This document shows, piece after piece, positions 1-9,076 of a stretch of DNA of 64,000 nucleotides (position 1 is the first letter of the stretch; the number at the start of each line of letters is the position of its first letter). The stretch is taken from positions 22,597 through 86,596 of the forward strand of contig MGUG01000013.1 in NCBI GenBank assembly GCA_001799845.1, read 5' to 3'. A model generated the notes under the pieces. That model made no database searches and was not told where the DNA came from. It saw only the letters and a program-made list of their open reading frames with translations. The DNA is from Elusimicrobia bacterium GWC2_64_44 (GTDB lineage Bacteria > Elusimicrobiota > Elusimicrobia > Elusimicrobiales > UBA9959). Position numbers and translations under genes: made by a program.

Positions 1-77
1 TGGGCGGTCTCGCCTATATACCGCTGCAGCTGGGCCAGGGACGCCCCGGCCGGCAGGCCGGTTTTGTTCTTCTTCAT
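1..77 (-). CDS. partial CDS, N-terminus only (MKKNKTGLPAGASLAQLQRYIGETA...), function unknown
   Basis: ATG at 77 lies 6 nt after a minus-strand TAGAAT box (84-89). The ORF runs off the window edge. Confidence 0.45.
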   Translation of the reverse strand, partial: MKKNKTGLPAGASLAQLQRYIGETA

Positions 78-83
78 CCGTAA

Positions 84-114
84 ATTCTACCAAACAAAAC
101 CGCCGGCCGGCTTT
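84..114 (-). promoter_or_regulatory. punctuation module, degenerate stem + TTTTGTTTGGTAGAAT
   Basis: GCCGGCCGGCGG palindrome, then T-tract and TAGAAT (84-89). 6 nt to ATG 77. Confidence 0.55.
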
Positions 115-117
115 GCG

Positions 118-756
118 CTACTTGCCCCCGGCTTTCAGCGTGGCCGGCGCCAGCGCCTTCTCTATGTCCGCCGCCAGGGCCTCGGGCTTCGTCGCGGAGG
201 CGTAGCGGGCCAGCACATGACCTGTCCTGTCCACCAGGAATTTGGTGAAGTTCCATTTTATCGCTTCGCTGCCCAGCACGCCCGGCACCGTTTTCTTCAG
301 GTACACGTAAAGCGGGTCCGCGCCCGGGCCATTCACCTCCAGCTTGCCCAGCACCGGGAAGGTGACGCCGTAAGTCAGCCTGCAGAAACGCTGTATCTCG
401 GCGTTGGTACCTGGCTCCTGGTCGCCGAACTGGTTGCACGGAAAACCGAGGACCACCAGGCCTTGCTCGGCGTATTTTTTATGCAGCTCCTCCAGGCCCT
501 CGTACTGAGGGGTAAAGCCGCATTTGCTCGCCACGTTGACGATGAGGACCACCTTGCCCCTGAGCCCTGCCAGGGGATAGGCCCCGCCCTCGGCGTTCTT
601 GACCGTGAAGTCGTAAATTGTGTTCTCCATGACTTTCTCCTTCGGCGCTGCGGTTTCCTTCCCTCCGGCTGTTGTCTTGCCGCGGGTCGGCCCCGCGGCA
701 AGACAGCAGCCGCCAAAAACGGTTATCCCCGCGCAGATAAGCAACGCTTTGGTCAT
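118..756 (-). CDS. glutathione peroxidase, probable lipoprotein
   Basis: GPx motifs NVASKCGFT, FPCNQF, WNFTKFL (Cys, not Sec). Signal peptide with FGGC lipobox-like site. Start trimmed from 879 to ATG 756 behind GGGAGG. Confidence 0.85.
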   Translation of the reverse strand: MTKALLICAGITVFGGCCLAAGPTRGKTTAGGKETAAPKEKVMENTIYDFTVKNAEGGAYPLAGLRGKVVLIVNVASKCGFTPQYEGLEELHKKYAEQGLVVLGFPCNQFGDQEPGTNAEIQRFCRLTYGVTFPVLGKLEVNGPGADPLYVYLKKTVPGVLGSEAIKWNFTKFLVDRTGHVLARYASATKPEALAADIEKALAPATLKAGGK

Positions 757-870
757 ATTCCCTCCCGGCAGCGCCTTACATATAGTAAAGCTGAAAATCC
801 GGCGGCAGGTAACGGCTTGCTTCCCACTTCCATTGACCCTTTTCCCCTTTGCGGTCGAAAACCGGCCAGG

Positions 871-901
871 GCAAAGCAAAAACCGCCGGGGTCACCGGCG
901 G
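871..901 (-). terminator. module hairpin (7-bp stem) + TTTTTGCTTTG
   Basis: CCGCCGG-GGTCA-CCGGCGG at 883-901, downstream of the stop at 936. Confidence 0.7.
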
Positions 902-935
902 TTTGGCGGCGGCGCGGGCGGCGGGCCCGGCGGCT

Positions 936-1778
936 TTAGTCTTTCAAGGCGTCCGACGCATACTCCAGCCGGGTGCGGTAGGCCGCGGCCTTGGTGTCCT
1001 TCAGGCAGTTCAGCCAGATGTCCCAGGTGTCACGGTCCCGGTCCTGCGCCGCGAGCTTCGCGGCCTCGGCCTGGTTGGCGGGCGGGGCCTGGAACTTCTT
1101 GCTGTTCTGGGCAAGCGCCATCATCCCCGCAAAGTCGCCCTGCGCCTTGAGCTCCTTCATCTTTTTCTTCAATTCCTTCGCCTCGGCTTTGTCCTCGTCG
1201 GAAACCTTGTTCTTCCTGCCGGCGGCTTTGAGCCTGCCCTCGTCCGGGTGGGCCAGCTTGTGGGCGCGCGCCAGCAGCACGCCGGCCTCGTCGCCGTCCT
1301 GGCCGGCCGACCGGCGGAAATAGGCGCTGTCTATCCCGCCATATTCCTTCTCCAGGGCTTTCAGTTCCGCCTCTTTATGCCGCCCGGCGCTGACCTGGGC
1401 GAAGAGCTCGCCGAACGCCTGGTGCGGCGGCCGCTTTTCGGTCCTGGCCGTCACGCGCACTTCCAGTACTGTCTGCTCCCGCGAGCCCACTTTTTTGGTG
1501 TAGGTGACGTCGAAGCCGGCTTCCCCGTCGCCGCTGTAAGGCTTCACCTTGTCGCCCGGCTTCAGGCGCGCCTCGAAATATTTCCGCACGGCGGCCAGGT
1601 CGTCCTTGCTGAGGCGGGCCAGTTTCCCGGCGCCCGACGCCGTGACGCTGCCCGGGTAGAGCGGCATCGGGTGCGCCGCCAGTACTTCATCGCCGCCGTC
1701 GGCGCATAGCGTGCCCGGAGCAAAACCCTGCCCCGCCAGGCAGAGCGCGGCCGCGGCTAACAAGTTCCTGATCTTCAT
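936..1778 (-). CDS. secreted hypothetical protein
   Basis: Signal peptide MKIRNLLAAAALCLAG. ATG 1778 preceded by GGGGAGG. Lys/Ala/Glu-rich, no family recognised. Confidence 0.6.
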   Translation of the reverse strand: MKIRNLLAAAALCLAGQGFAPGTLCADGGDEVLAAHPMPLYPGSVTASGAGKLARLSKDDLAAVRKYFEARLKPGDKVKPYSGDGEAGFDVTYTKKVGSREQTVLEVRVTARTEKRPPHQAFGELFAQVSAGRHKEAELKALEKEYGGIDSAYFRRSAGQDGDEAGVLLARAHKLAHPDEGRLKAAGRKNKVSDEDKAEAKELKKKMKELKAQGDFAGMMALAQNSKKFQAPPANQAEAAKLAAQDRDRDTWDIWLNCLKDTKAAAYRTRLEYASDALKD

Positions 1779-1842
1779 ATGGCAGTTCCTCCCCGTTTCC
1801 CCTGAATGTATGATACTAAAACTTCTGTTCCCGGTCCGCCGC

Positions 1843-2619
1843 TCAGGGGCGCGCCGCGCGGCAGATATAGATCTGCTTCTTCGAGGCCGAGCAGAACGGC
1901 GCCTTGTCCCAGCCGCCGTACTTGGCCAGCACTTTAAAGCCGTTGTATTTAAGCAGCGCGTCCAGCTCCAGCGGGTAGAAGCAGCGCATGTCCAGCCGCT
2001 GCGGCAGCGCCCTGCCCCCGTCGACATGGTGTATCCAGGTGGTCCGGTTCACCTGCGCGGCGGCGTCGTAAGCGCAGACCTCGTCTATCACTACCTTCTT
2101 CCCCTCCGGAGTGCGGAAGCGGTATACGCCCTTGTGCAGTTTGACCAGCCGGGCCATGTAGCCGATGCTCGGGTTGAAGACGTCGAACTGGAAAATGCCG
2201 CCCGGCGCCAGGTGCGCCCGCACCGTGGCGAACACTTTCTCCACGTCCTCCAGGGTATAGGTGTTCTGCAGGGAGTTGAAAGGGATGAAGACCAGTTTGA
2301 ATTTTTTCTTCAGGCGCACTTTGCGCATGTCCCCGCTCAGGAAAGCGCCGGATAGCCCCAGCCCCGCCGCTTTCTTCCTGGCCGCGGTCAGCATGGAGGG
2401 CGTAAAATCCACGCCGGTAACGTCCAGGCCCGCCTTCAGCAGCGGCAGCGTGATGCGCCCGCTGCCGCAGCACAGCTCCAGCACCGGCCCGCGCGCCTTG
2501 CGGGCCAGTTCCAGGTAGAACGGCACGTCGTGGGTGAAATCGTTAAGCCCGTCGTAGACGTCGGCGTCGTACACCGACCTGTCCACCCCCAGCCCGGCCG
2601 CTTTTTTTATGGTTTTCAT
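1843..2619 (-). CDS. class I SAM-dependent methyltransferase
   Basis: Motif I VLELCCGSGRITLPL plus downstream MTase motifs. Start ATG 2619 (GTG 2634 possible). Confidence 0.8.
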   Translation of the reverse strand: MKTIKKAAGLGVDRSVYDADVYDGLNDFTHDVPFYLELARKARGPVLELCCGSGRITLPLLKAGLDVTGVDFTPSMLTAARKKAAGLGLSGAFLSGDMRKVRLKKKFKLVFIPFNSLQNTYTLEDVEKVFATVRAHLAPGGIFQFDVFNPSIGYMARLVKLHKGVYRFRTPEGKKVVIDEVCAYDAAAQVNRTTWIHHVDGGRALPQRLDMRCFYPLELDALLKYNGFKVLAKYGGWDKAPFCSASKKQIYICRAARP

Positions 2620-2682
2620 AAATTCACTTTGCACACGCAGTAATTCTATCAAAAGGAAAACCGCAGGGTTCACCCGTAGCGA

Positions 2683-3738
2683 TCAAACTCCCAGGAAGGC
2701 CGCGAGACGGGCCGTTTCGGCCTCCAGCTCGCGGCGGAAGACGGCGTCGCGGGGGCGCGCGCCTATGTAGCCGGTCTCCACTTCCAGCCGGCCGCCGTTC
2801 ACCGAGGCGTTGGCCCAGCCTATCACCGAATCGCCCCACAGCAGCGGCAGGGCGTAGTAGCCGCGCACGCGCTTGGGCGGCGGCGTATACGCCTCGAAGC
2901 GGTACGCCCAGCCCCAGAAATGTTCAAAACGGCCCCGGTCCCAGACCAGCGGGTCGAACGGGGCCAGGAAGCTCACCCGGCGCGGGGCCGCGCCCGCCGT
3001 ACCGGCGCCGGGAGGCAGCACATAATCCGCGCCGCCGGCTTTCACCACCGCCAGCTCGCCTTCTTTTATCATGGCGGCCAGGAAAGCCGGGGCCGCGCCC
3101 AGGCCGGGGAAATACCGGGCGAGCGGCCGCGCGGCCATGGCCCGCAGCTGGCGCAGCGGCACGGGGGCCAGGACGTTCACCAGCGCGCGCACCCGCTCGC
3201 GCATACGCTCCCGCTCCGGCAGGGGTTCCGGCGCCGGACGCGCCGGGGCGAACACGCGCACGCCGCTGTCGCGCCGCGCCACCCGCAGCAGGCCGCGGTA
3301 ATGCAGCCAGTCCAGCGCCTGCGTGGTGGCCTTGGACTTGCCGCCCCAGGCGTTGGTCACGCGCCGCCCGCCCAGGCGCGCCTCCAGCGCGGCCGGGTGC
3401 GCCTCGCCGAGTTCACCCACCGCCGCCAGTATCTTTTTCTCCAGCGCGCCCGGCGCCGCGGCCCGCCGCGGGTGCAGCAGCCGCCACACCCCGCGGGAAA
3501 CGAAACCGTAGGCGTAAAGGTAATCCTCTTCTATGTCGAGAGCCGGGTAAAGCCGCTCCAGGTCCCCCGCTTTGTAGCCGGCCACCCTGAGCCGCAAGAT
3601 CAGGTCCTGCGCGCGGGCCGGCGCGCGGATAGGATCGGCCTGCACGAAGCCCAGGCGGTCCACCGCCTGCTGCACCGTGCCAGCCGCGAACAGCGAGCGC
3701 TGCACCGCCAGCGCCCTCAGTTTCTTGAGTTCTTTCAC
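2683..3738 (-). CDS. YcaQ/AlkZ-family winged-helix DNA glycosylase-like protein
   Basis: FVQADPI (Q-x-D) motif and overall length and pattern of the YcaQ family. GTG start 6 nt after TAGAAT (3745-3750). Confidence 0.7.
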   Translation of the reverse strand: MKELKKLRALAVQRSLFAAGTVQQAVDRLGFVQADPIRAPARAQDLILRLRVAGYKAGDLERLYPALDIEEDYLYAYGFVSRGVWRLLHPRRAAAPGALEKKILAAVGELGEAHPAALEARLGGRRVTNAWGGKSKATTQALDWLHYRGLLRVARRDSGVRVFAPARPAPEPLPERERMRERVRALVNVLAPVPLRQLRAMAARPLARYFPGLGAAPAFLAAMIKEGELAVVKAGGADYVLPPGAGTAGAAPRRVSFLAPFDPLVWDRGRFEHFWGWAYRFEAYTPPPKRVRGYYALPLLWGDSVIGWANASVNGGRLEVETGYIGARPRDAVFRRELEAETARLAAFLGV

Positions 3739-3744
3739 CCACTC

Positions 3745-3781
3745 ATTCTATCAAAACAGAACCGCCGGGCTGCCCCGGCGG
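3745..3781 (-). promoter_or_regulatory. punctuation module: hairpin + TTCTGTTTTGATAGAAT
   Basis: Stem-loop 3762-3781 (loop CTGC). TAGAAT 3745-3750. 6 nt to GTG 3738. Confidence 0.65.
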
Positions 3782-3806
3782 TTCCATTGCGACCCGGCCT
3801 TAACTT

Positions 3807-4823
3807 CTACGGCTTGCTGTTGAGCTGGCTGGTCAGGCAATCCACGTAAGCCATCAGCTGCTCTATGGTAGCGCCGGGGCCCGGGTCCGTGCAGTTACCG
3901 AGTATGGGATTGGGGGTCTGCACCGGGGTCTCCACGGGCAGGGCCTCCTGGCCGGGCAGCGGTATGTGTCTGGCCAGCACAGAAACGCTCGTCACGTCCT
4001 CGCCGCGGCCTTCGGAATCGGCCACCTTCACGGAGATATTGCATTTGCTGAAGAGCGACTTTTTGAGCTCGAAATCCTTGCCGCCGCGCACCAAAATGCC
4101 CTCGATGAGCCCCGTGGCCTCGTTAAAGACGGCGCTGCCGGAATTGCCGCCGTAAGTGTCCAGGTTAGCCGTGAAATAATCCAGGAACGACACCCTGCGC
4201 ACCGAAGCGCCGCCAGCCACCTTCACCGGCAGGCCAACGGGATGGCCTATCACGAAGAGCCTGGTCCCTTCCGTCACTTTGCCGGCGCGGTTGATCGGGA
4301 GCGGCTCGCGGTTGGTCACCGGCCGGTCAAGCCGGATGAGGGCGTAGTCGGGGCCGCTGTCGTCCTGGTCGCGCACCACCAGGCTTTTGCAGGAGTAAAC
4401 GTCGGAGGGGTCCACGCGGTCCGGGTTGGCGCCGGCGCTTTTCACCGCGTAACCGAAAACCATTTTAGCCTCGGAGCAGTCGTAATTGCTCTTGATGCAG
4501 TGCCCGGCCGTCATCACCAGGTCCGGGGCTACCAGCGTGCCGGAGCAGAAGGCGCCTATGGGCTGGTCCCGGAAGGCCTCGCCTTTGCACAGGTCCAGTT
4601 TCTCGCCGTAATTCGCCAGGGCCAGCCGGCCGTCGGGCGCTACCTGCGCCGCTTTGAAAAAAGCCACGGTGGAATCCGCCAGTTTGCGGCGGGCCTCGGA
4701 AGCCTGGTAATAGTCCTGCCGGTCGTCGCCGCCGTAAATCCCTTTTTCGCCCTGCGCCGAAGCGCCGGCAACCGAAAAGACCGCGGCAAGCAGCGCAAGT
4801 GTACCGGTAGTCGCTTTTTTCAT
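3807..4823 (-). CDS. secreted trypsin-like (S1) serine protease
   Basis: TAGHC (His), GGNSGSAVF (Ser) motifs and a signal peptide. ATG 4823 behind AGGAGG. Confidence 0.8.
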   Translation of the reverse strand: MKKATTGTLALLAAVFSVAGASAQGEKGIYGGDDRQDYYQASEARRKLADSTVAFFKAAQVAPDGRLALANYGEKLDLCKGEAFRDQPIGAFCSGTLVAPDLVMTAGHCIKSNYDCSEAKMVFGYAVKSAGANPDRVDPSDVYSCKSLVVRDQDDSGPDYALIRLDRPVTNREPLPINRAGKVTEGTRLFVIGHPVGLPVKVAGGASVRRVSFLDYFTANLDTYGGNSGSAVFNEATGLIEGILVRGGKDFELKKSLFSKCNISVKVADSEGRGEDVTSVSVLARHIPLPGQEALPVETPVQTPNPILGNCTDPGPGATIEQLMAYVDCLTSQLNSKP

Positions 4824-4916
4824 AGGCCTCCTGTCTATCTTCACATAGATAGTTTAGCCCGCCCGGCCGCGCTTTGAAAGGGTCTCTGTACCCAGGCGCC
4901 GGGGACAAAAGCCCTA

Positions 4917-4948
4917 GATAAAAGAGGACCGCCGGGCTGTCCCGGCGG
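4917..4948 (-). terminator. module hairpin + T-rich tail (no -10)
   Basis: Stem-loop 4929-4948 (loop CTGT), 9 nt after the rsgA stop. Confidence 0.7.
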
Positions 4949-4957
4949 TTCCCCTTG

Positions 4958-5992
4958 TCAGCCGCCCCGCAGGCGGCGCTTTTCCTCTGTGATGTCGCGC
5001 ACCAGTTTGCCGAAGCGTTTCAGCCGGCCCTTGGCCGCCAGGCGCTTCTTCAGGTCGTTGCGCAGTTCCTGCCGCTCGGTCTCGCGGCGCAGCTTGTGGT
5101 AGCTCTTCAGCCGCTCCGGTTCCAGCGCGCCGGTCTCAAGCGCAGCGGCCACGGCGCAGCCGGGCTCGCCCGAATGCGAGCAGTCCGTGAAGCGGCAGCC
5201 GGCCGCCAGCTCGCCGATGTCGGCGAACGAGGTCGCCAGGCCTTCTCCGGAGTAGGCCACGCCGAACTCCCTGACGCCGGGCGTATCTATCACCTGGCCG
5301 CCGCAGGGCAGGCGGTGCAGCTGCCGCCCCGTGGTGGTGTGCCGCCCGCGCGAGTCATCCTCGCGCACCTCTCCGGTCAGCGCGGCTTCGCGCCCGGCCA
5401 GGCGGTTGACCAGCGTGCTCTTGCCCGCGCCCGACGAGCCCACAAAGCAGCAGCGCAGGCCGCCGGCCAGCTCGGCCTCCACCTCCGCCACGCCTTCGCC
5501 CGACAGCGAGGACAGGCACAGCACCCGCGCGCCGGGCGCGGCCAGGGCCGCGGCGTCCAGGCGCGCCGCCAGCTCTTCCGGCGGGCACAGGTCCTTCTTG
5601 GTCAGCGCCACTACCGGTATCGCGCCGCTGTCCCAGGCGGCCGTCAGCATGCGCTCCATGCGGGCTATGTTATAGTTGCCGTCGAGCCCCATCACTATGA
5701 ACACCTTATCCACGTTGGCCGCCACCGGCTGCGCGTCGCTGGCGCCGTCCAGGGCTTTGCGCAGCAGCAGCGTGCGCCGCGGCAGCACGCCGTGTATCAC
5801 CGCCTTGGCGCCGCCGTCGTGCAGCGACATCTCCACCTCGTCGCCCACCACGGGGTAGTCCAGGCGCGAGACCGCTTCCCCGGCCAGCTTGCCGGTGATG
5901 ACGGCCGGCAGCTCTCCGCCTTCGTACAGCACCGTAAAGCCGCCGCGCTGTTCCGCAGTTACCAGCGCTTTAAACATTTTCTGTTCTGACAT
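4958..5992 (-). CDS. rsgA: ribosome small-subunit-dependent GTPase A
   Basis: GSSGAGKSTLVN P-loop, circularly permuted GTPase order, C-terminal CxH..EPGCAV zinc knuckle. AGGAGA SD. Confidence 0.9.
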   Translation of the reverse strand: MSEQKMFKALVTAEQRGGFTVLYEGGELPAVITGKLAGEAVSRLDYPVVGDEVEMSLHDGGAKAVIHGVLPRRTLLLRKALDGASDAQPVAANVDKVFIVMGLDGNYNIARMERMLTAAWDSGAIPVVALTKKDLCPPEELAARLDAAALAAPGARVLCLSSLSGEGVAEVEAELAGGLRCCFVGSSGAGKSTLVNRLAGREAALTGEVREDDSRGRHTTTGRQLHRLPCGGQVIDTPGVREFGVAYSGEGLATSFADIGELAAGCRFTDCSHSGEPGCAVAAALETGALEPERLKSYHKLRRETERQELRNDLKKRLAAKGRLKRFGKLVRDITEEKRRLRGG

Positions 5993-6267
5993 TGTTATCT
6001 CCTGATATACACCGGCAGGCGCGCCAGGCGCGCGGGGGCGGGCGCGGGCCCGCTCCGGTTATGCCGGTGTCCTCAGCAGTTTTACGCAGTTAAAAAGGAA
6101 AGGAGGCCCGGCGACCGAGGTTCATTACAATCTCCACCATAGCAAGCCTCCCGTTAATAGAATTGAACTACCCTCATATTATACACCGCCGCCGCCGAAA
6201 AGCAAGCCCGCAGGCTGGCCCGCGCCGGGAATATAATGTATTCTTTAGTAAGCCCTCCGGCGGCCAT

Positions 6268-6657
6268 ATGACCAAGACCGACATCATCTTAGTGGAAGAC
6301 GACACGCTCGTAGGCGAGATAGCGCTGGACATCCTTACCGGCGGCGGCTACGCCGTGCGCTGGGTGCAGGACCCGCTGGAGGCCGTGGCCGCCGTCATTA
6401 AGGCCCGCCCCAAACTGGTCATCACCGACATCATGATGCCCGGCATCAGCGGCATGGACATCTGCAAGGCCATCTCCACCACCCCCGAACTGGCCGAAGT
6501 GAAGCTCATGGTCATGTCGGCCAAGAATTTCGAGATAGAAAAATACCGCGCCCGCCTGTTCGGCGCGCTCCACTTCCTGACCAAGCCCTTCACCGAGCAG
6601 GGCCTCCTGAAAGCCGTGACCGACGTCCTCGGCCACCCGACATCGCGCCCGCACTGA
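6268..6657 (+). CDS. single-domain response regulator (receiver only)
   Basis: ILVEDD, VITDIMMPG, MSAK receiver motifs. Start trimmed from 6163 to ATG 6268. TATAAT at 6232-6237. Confidence 0.8.
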   Translation: MTKTDIILVEDDTLVGEIALDILTGGGYAVRWVQDPLEAVAAVIKARPKLVITDIMMPGISGMDICKAISTTPELAEVKLMVMSAKNFEIEKYRARLFGALHFLTKPFTEQGLLKAVTDVLGHPTSRPH

Positions 6658-6671
6658 CAAGCGTGTGGAAC

Positions 6672-6704
6672 GAAAAACCGCCGGGCTGCCCCGGCGGTTC
6701 TTCA
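6672..6704. terminator. module hairpin between convergent genes (bidirectional)
   Basis: Stem-loop 6678-6697 (loop CTGC) flanked by an A-tract and a T-rich tail. Confidence 0.7.
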
Positions 6705-6726
6705 TTGCCCGTGAACGGCCGCAGGC

Positions 6727-7218
6727 TCACGCGGGCTTGCGGCTTTTGTCGCGGATGATCTTGAGCAGCTCCACCGCTTTGTGGGCCGCGGCCTCTTCGG
6801 GCCTGGGAGCGTACCTGGTGCCGGCGTTGGCGTTCAGGGTCCTTTCCTCGAACTGCGCCGACACTATTTTGTCGGCGGTCACGCTGGCGGCCCCCAACCT
6901 GAACAGTTCCCTCACCTCGAAATCCCTTTCATCCCCGGGCCTGTCCTTCTTTCCCGGCCCATGCTCCGCGGTGAACGGCGCGGTTATTTCCCCGTTGGTC
7001 TCTATCTCCAGGCGCGCCTGCCCGCCCTCGTAGTAAAGCCAGTATTTCACGCCCGCATGCCGGCCGGTAAAGGCCGTGCTGCCCTCCACGGGCACCGGGG
7101 CCTGCTCCCCGTCGTCCGCCGGCTGCGCCGCCTTCTTTTTGCGCAGCAGCAGCCCCAGCAGCAGCGCCGCCGCCAAAGCGGCCAACACGTACCAGATCAT
7201 ATTTTCGTTAGTCCCCAT
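6727..7218 (-). CDS. membrane-anchored hypothetical protein
   Basis: One N-terminal TM helix (IWYVLAALAAALLLGLLL) followed by a soluble domain. Start uncertain (7218 or 7197). Confidence 0.5.
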   Translation of the reverse strand: MGTNENMIWYVLAALAAALLLGLLLRKKKAAQPADDGEQAPVPVEGSTAFTGRHAGVKYWLYYEGGQARLEIETNGEITAPFTAEHGPGKKDRPGDERDFEVRELFRLGAASVTADKIVSAQFEERTLNANAGTRYAPRPEEAAAHKAVELLKIIRDKSRKPA

Positions 7219-7240
7219 AACGGCAGAATACAATATTCGC

Positions 7241-7927
7241 TCAAGGCCGACAACCGCCCGCCGGGTCTTCGCGCCTTCTGCCTTTGCCCTTCTGATAACC
7301 GAGCTGGGTGTCCACCAATTCTTTAAAGATCCCCATCAGTATCTCTTCCCGGCCTTTCAGATCTTCATAGCCGGCTTCCTGGGCCTCTTTGCATAAGTAG
7401 TAAATAGCTTCTATGGTGGAAACGCAATGCGCCAGCGGCTGTTTTTTAATTATGAACTGCGAGGTATAGCCGCGCGTAAAAGACAGCCGCGGCAGGGCGC
7501 GGACATTGGGGCTTTTCCTCAGCACCCGCTGGGCGCCGCGCCAGGTGCCGTCTATGACGAAGACCAGCGGAATTTTCCCTTCCGGGAGCGCGCCGGCCGC
7601 CAGGGACCTGAAATCCGCGGCTTTGGGGCCGGGGTACAGGACGAAAGGGCTGTAGGCCGGGTCCTTTATCAGCGAGTTGACATGCGCGTCGCGGGTGAAA
7701 TCGGTGCCCACAATGAGCTCGGCGTTCGTCAGGCAAAGTTTCGCCAGCCGGGCCGTCCCCGTCCGCTGCTTGTGGGCTTCCTTGGTATGCATGAGGATGA
7801 TGAAGCGCATCCTCGTGGCGAATGGTTTTGCGCTGCCGCACAGGCAGTTCTTCCTGGGCCGGCGGCAGGTATAGCACTCTTCGCGGTGGGCTGCCGGGGC
7901 TGGCGGCGAGTCTGCTTTCTTGATCAT
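7241..7927 (-). CDS. DTW-domain tRNA-uridine aminocarboxypropyltransferase-like protein
   Basis: N-terminal CxxC...CxC cluster (CYTCRRPRKNCLCG) and the VIDGTW (DTW) motif. Confidence 0.8.
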   Translation of the reverse strand: MIKKADSPPAPAAHREECYTCRRPRKNCLCGSAKPFATRMRFIILMHTKEAHKQRTGTARLAKLCLTNAELIVGTDFTRDAHVNSLIKDPAYSPFVLYPGPKAADFRSLAAGALPEGKIPLVFVIDGTWRGAQRVLRKSPNVRALPRLSFTRGYTSQFIIKKQPLAHCVSTIEAIYYLCKEAQEAGYEDLKGREEILMGIFKELVDTQLGYQKGKGRRREDPAGGCRP

Positions 7928-7942
7928 GGCAACGGCCTCGCC

Positions 7943-8158
7943 CTAGGCCCCCTGCGCCGGCCCGCGCGCCAGGCGGCGCAGTATGACGGCCGGCAGCGTG
8001 ACCACCGTCCACACCAGCGTCAGCACGCCGCCCACGGCTATCCCCAGCAGCCGCAGCGGCAGCAGCAGCAGCCAGAGCAGCGGGTAGAGCAGCAGGGCCA
8101 GCAGCGCCAGCGGCCAGCACAGCACCAGCAGTATCAGCCAAAGCACGAAAGTCAGCAT
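7943..8158 (-). CDS. small hydrophobic membrane protein
   Basis: 71 aa with two Leu/Trp-rich TM helices. Fills the gap between neighbouring genes. Confidence 0.45.
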   Translation of the reverse strand: MLTFVLWLILLVLCWPLALLALLLYPLLWLLLLPLRLLGIAVGGVLTLVWTVVTLPAVILRRLARGPAQGA

Positions 8159-8204
8159 AGGTTCATTTTATCAGCTTCGCATGAAAAAGGCAGCAGGAAC
8201 CTTT

Positions 8205-8522
8205 TCAGGGTCGGGGCGGTTTCGGTTCGTCCTGGCCGGCCAGGAAGCTGGCCACGTCTATTCCTTCGCCCAGGGCTATCCTGTAGGACAGGCGCTTGAG
8301 GAAGCTGCCCAGCGTGAACAGCGCCGCCATGAGGAGCAGCACCCCGAAGAAGATCAGCCCCGACTCGCTTACCTTGAAATAGAATATGCCCGGCCAGACC
8401 ATCAGGAGCAGCACTATCCCGATCACCCCGGTGCGGACCAGCCAATTGCCGGCGCGCCAGGCCCAAAGCCCGCGCGAGCCCGTGCGTACCATCTCCTCGT
8501 AAAGCGGCCGGTCCTGAAGCAT
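8205..8522 (-). CDS. membrane protein, unknown function
   Basis: Two TM helices. ATG 8522 lies 7 nt after TGGTAAAAT (8530-8535), so predicted leaderless. Confidence 0.55.
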   Translation of the reverse strand: MLQDRPLYEEMVRTGSRGLWAWRAGNWLVRTGVIGIVLLLMVWPGIFYFKVSESGLIFFGVLLLMAALFTLGSFLKRLSYRIALGEGIDVASFLAGQDEPKPPRP

Positions 8523-8646
8523 ATGCTCAATTTTACCAAACCTGCCGCGGCAAAAACGCACGGGCGCGGCGCGCGGTTGAGGCGGCCGCCGGAAAGATGT
8601 ATTATTCAGAGTATAGCGCAGCGAATTTTATAAGGAGATACACCAC

Positions 8647-9000
8647 ATGAAGAACAAGCTATTCGGCGGTTTCATCGCTTTAGCCCTGCTGGCCGGCGCG
8701 GCCGGCGCCTGGGCGCAGACGCAGGGGAAAAAGCCCGAGCTGGTGGAGAAGACCGGCGTCATACAGATACAGAAGGCCGACGCCGCCAAGAACGAGAAGT
8801 ACGACACGATCATGCTCAAAGTCGGCGAAGAGTCCATAAAGCTCCTCCCCTCCAAGGACAAGAAGGTCTTCAAGCCCCTCGAGAAGCTCGACGGCAAGAC
8901 CATCACCGTGAAGGGCGAGTACCTGCCCCCGAACCCGCCCAAGTACCCGCTGGCCGCCATCAAGGTGCTCTCCATCAACAAGGGCGCCGCCAAGAAATAA
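8647..9000 (+). CDS. small secreted hypothetical protein
   Basis: Signal peptide ending AWA-Q, AGGAGA SD, followed by a module hairpin at 9028. Confidence 0.65.
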   Translation: MKNKLFGGFIALALLAGAAGAWAQTQGKKPELVEKTGVIQIQKADAAKNEKYDTIMLKVGEESIKLLPSKDKKVFKPLEKLDGKTITVKGEYLPPNPPKYPLAAIKVLSINKGAAKK

Positions 9001-9017
9001 GTTCCGTCCGAAGCAGA

Positions 9018-9052
9018 CAAAAGAGAACCGCCGGGCTGCCCCGGCGGTTTTC
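9018..9052. terminator. module hairpin between convergent genes (bidirectional)
   Basis: Stem-loop 9028-9047 (loop CTGC), TTTT on the plus side. Confidence 0.7.
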
Positions 9053-9076
9053 GCATATATATTCAGGAGCGCGCGC

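Noticed and set aside
118-756. Possible selenocysteine (in-frame TGA) in the glutathione peroxidase.
   Set aside because: The active-site position is an ordinary Cys codon (NVASKCGFT) and the ORF is uninterrupted.
64-939. Long ORFs on the opposite strand or in other frames of recognised genes. Examples: 64-939 (+), 4955-5989 (+), 16125-17372 (+), 18190-19605 (+), 26745-28325 (+), 48709-49986 (+), 21213-21950 (-).
   Set aside because: They overlap genes that have clear family motifs. They are Arg/Ala/Gly/Pro-rich, as expected for off-frame translation of high-GC DNA. They lack start-site signals and any recognisable domain.
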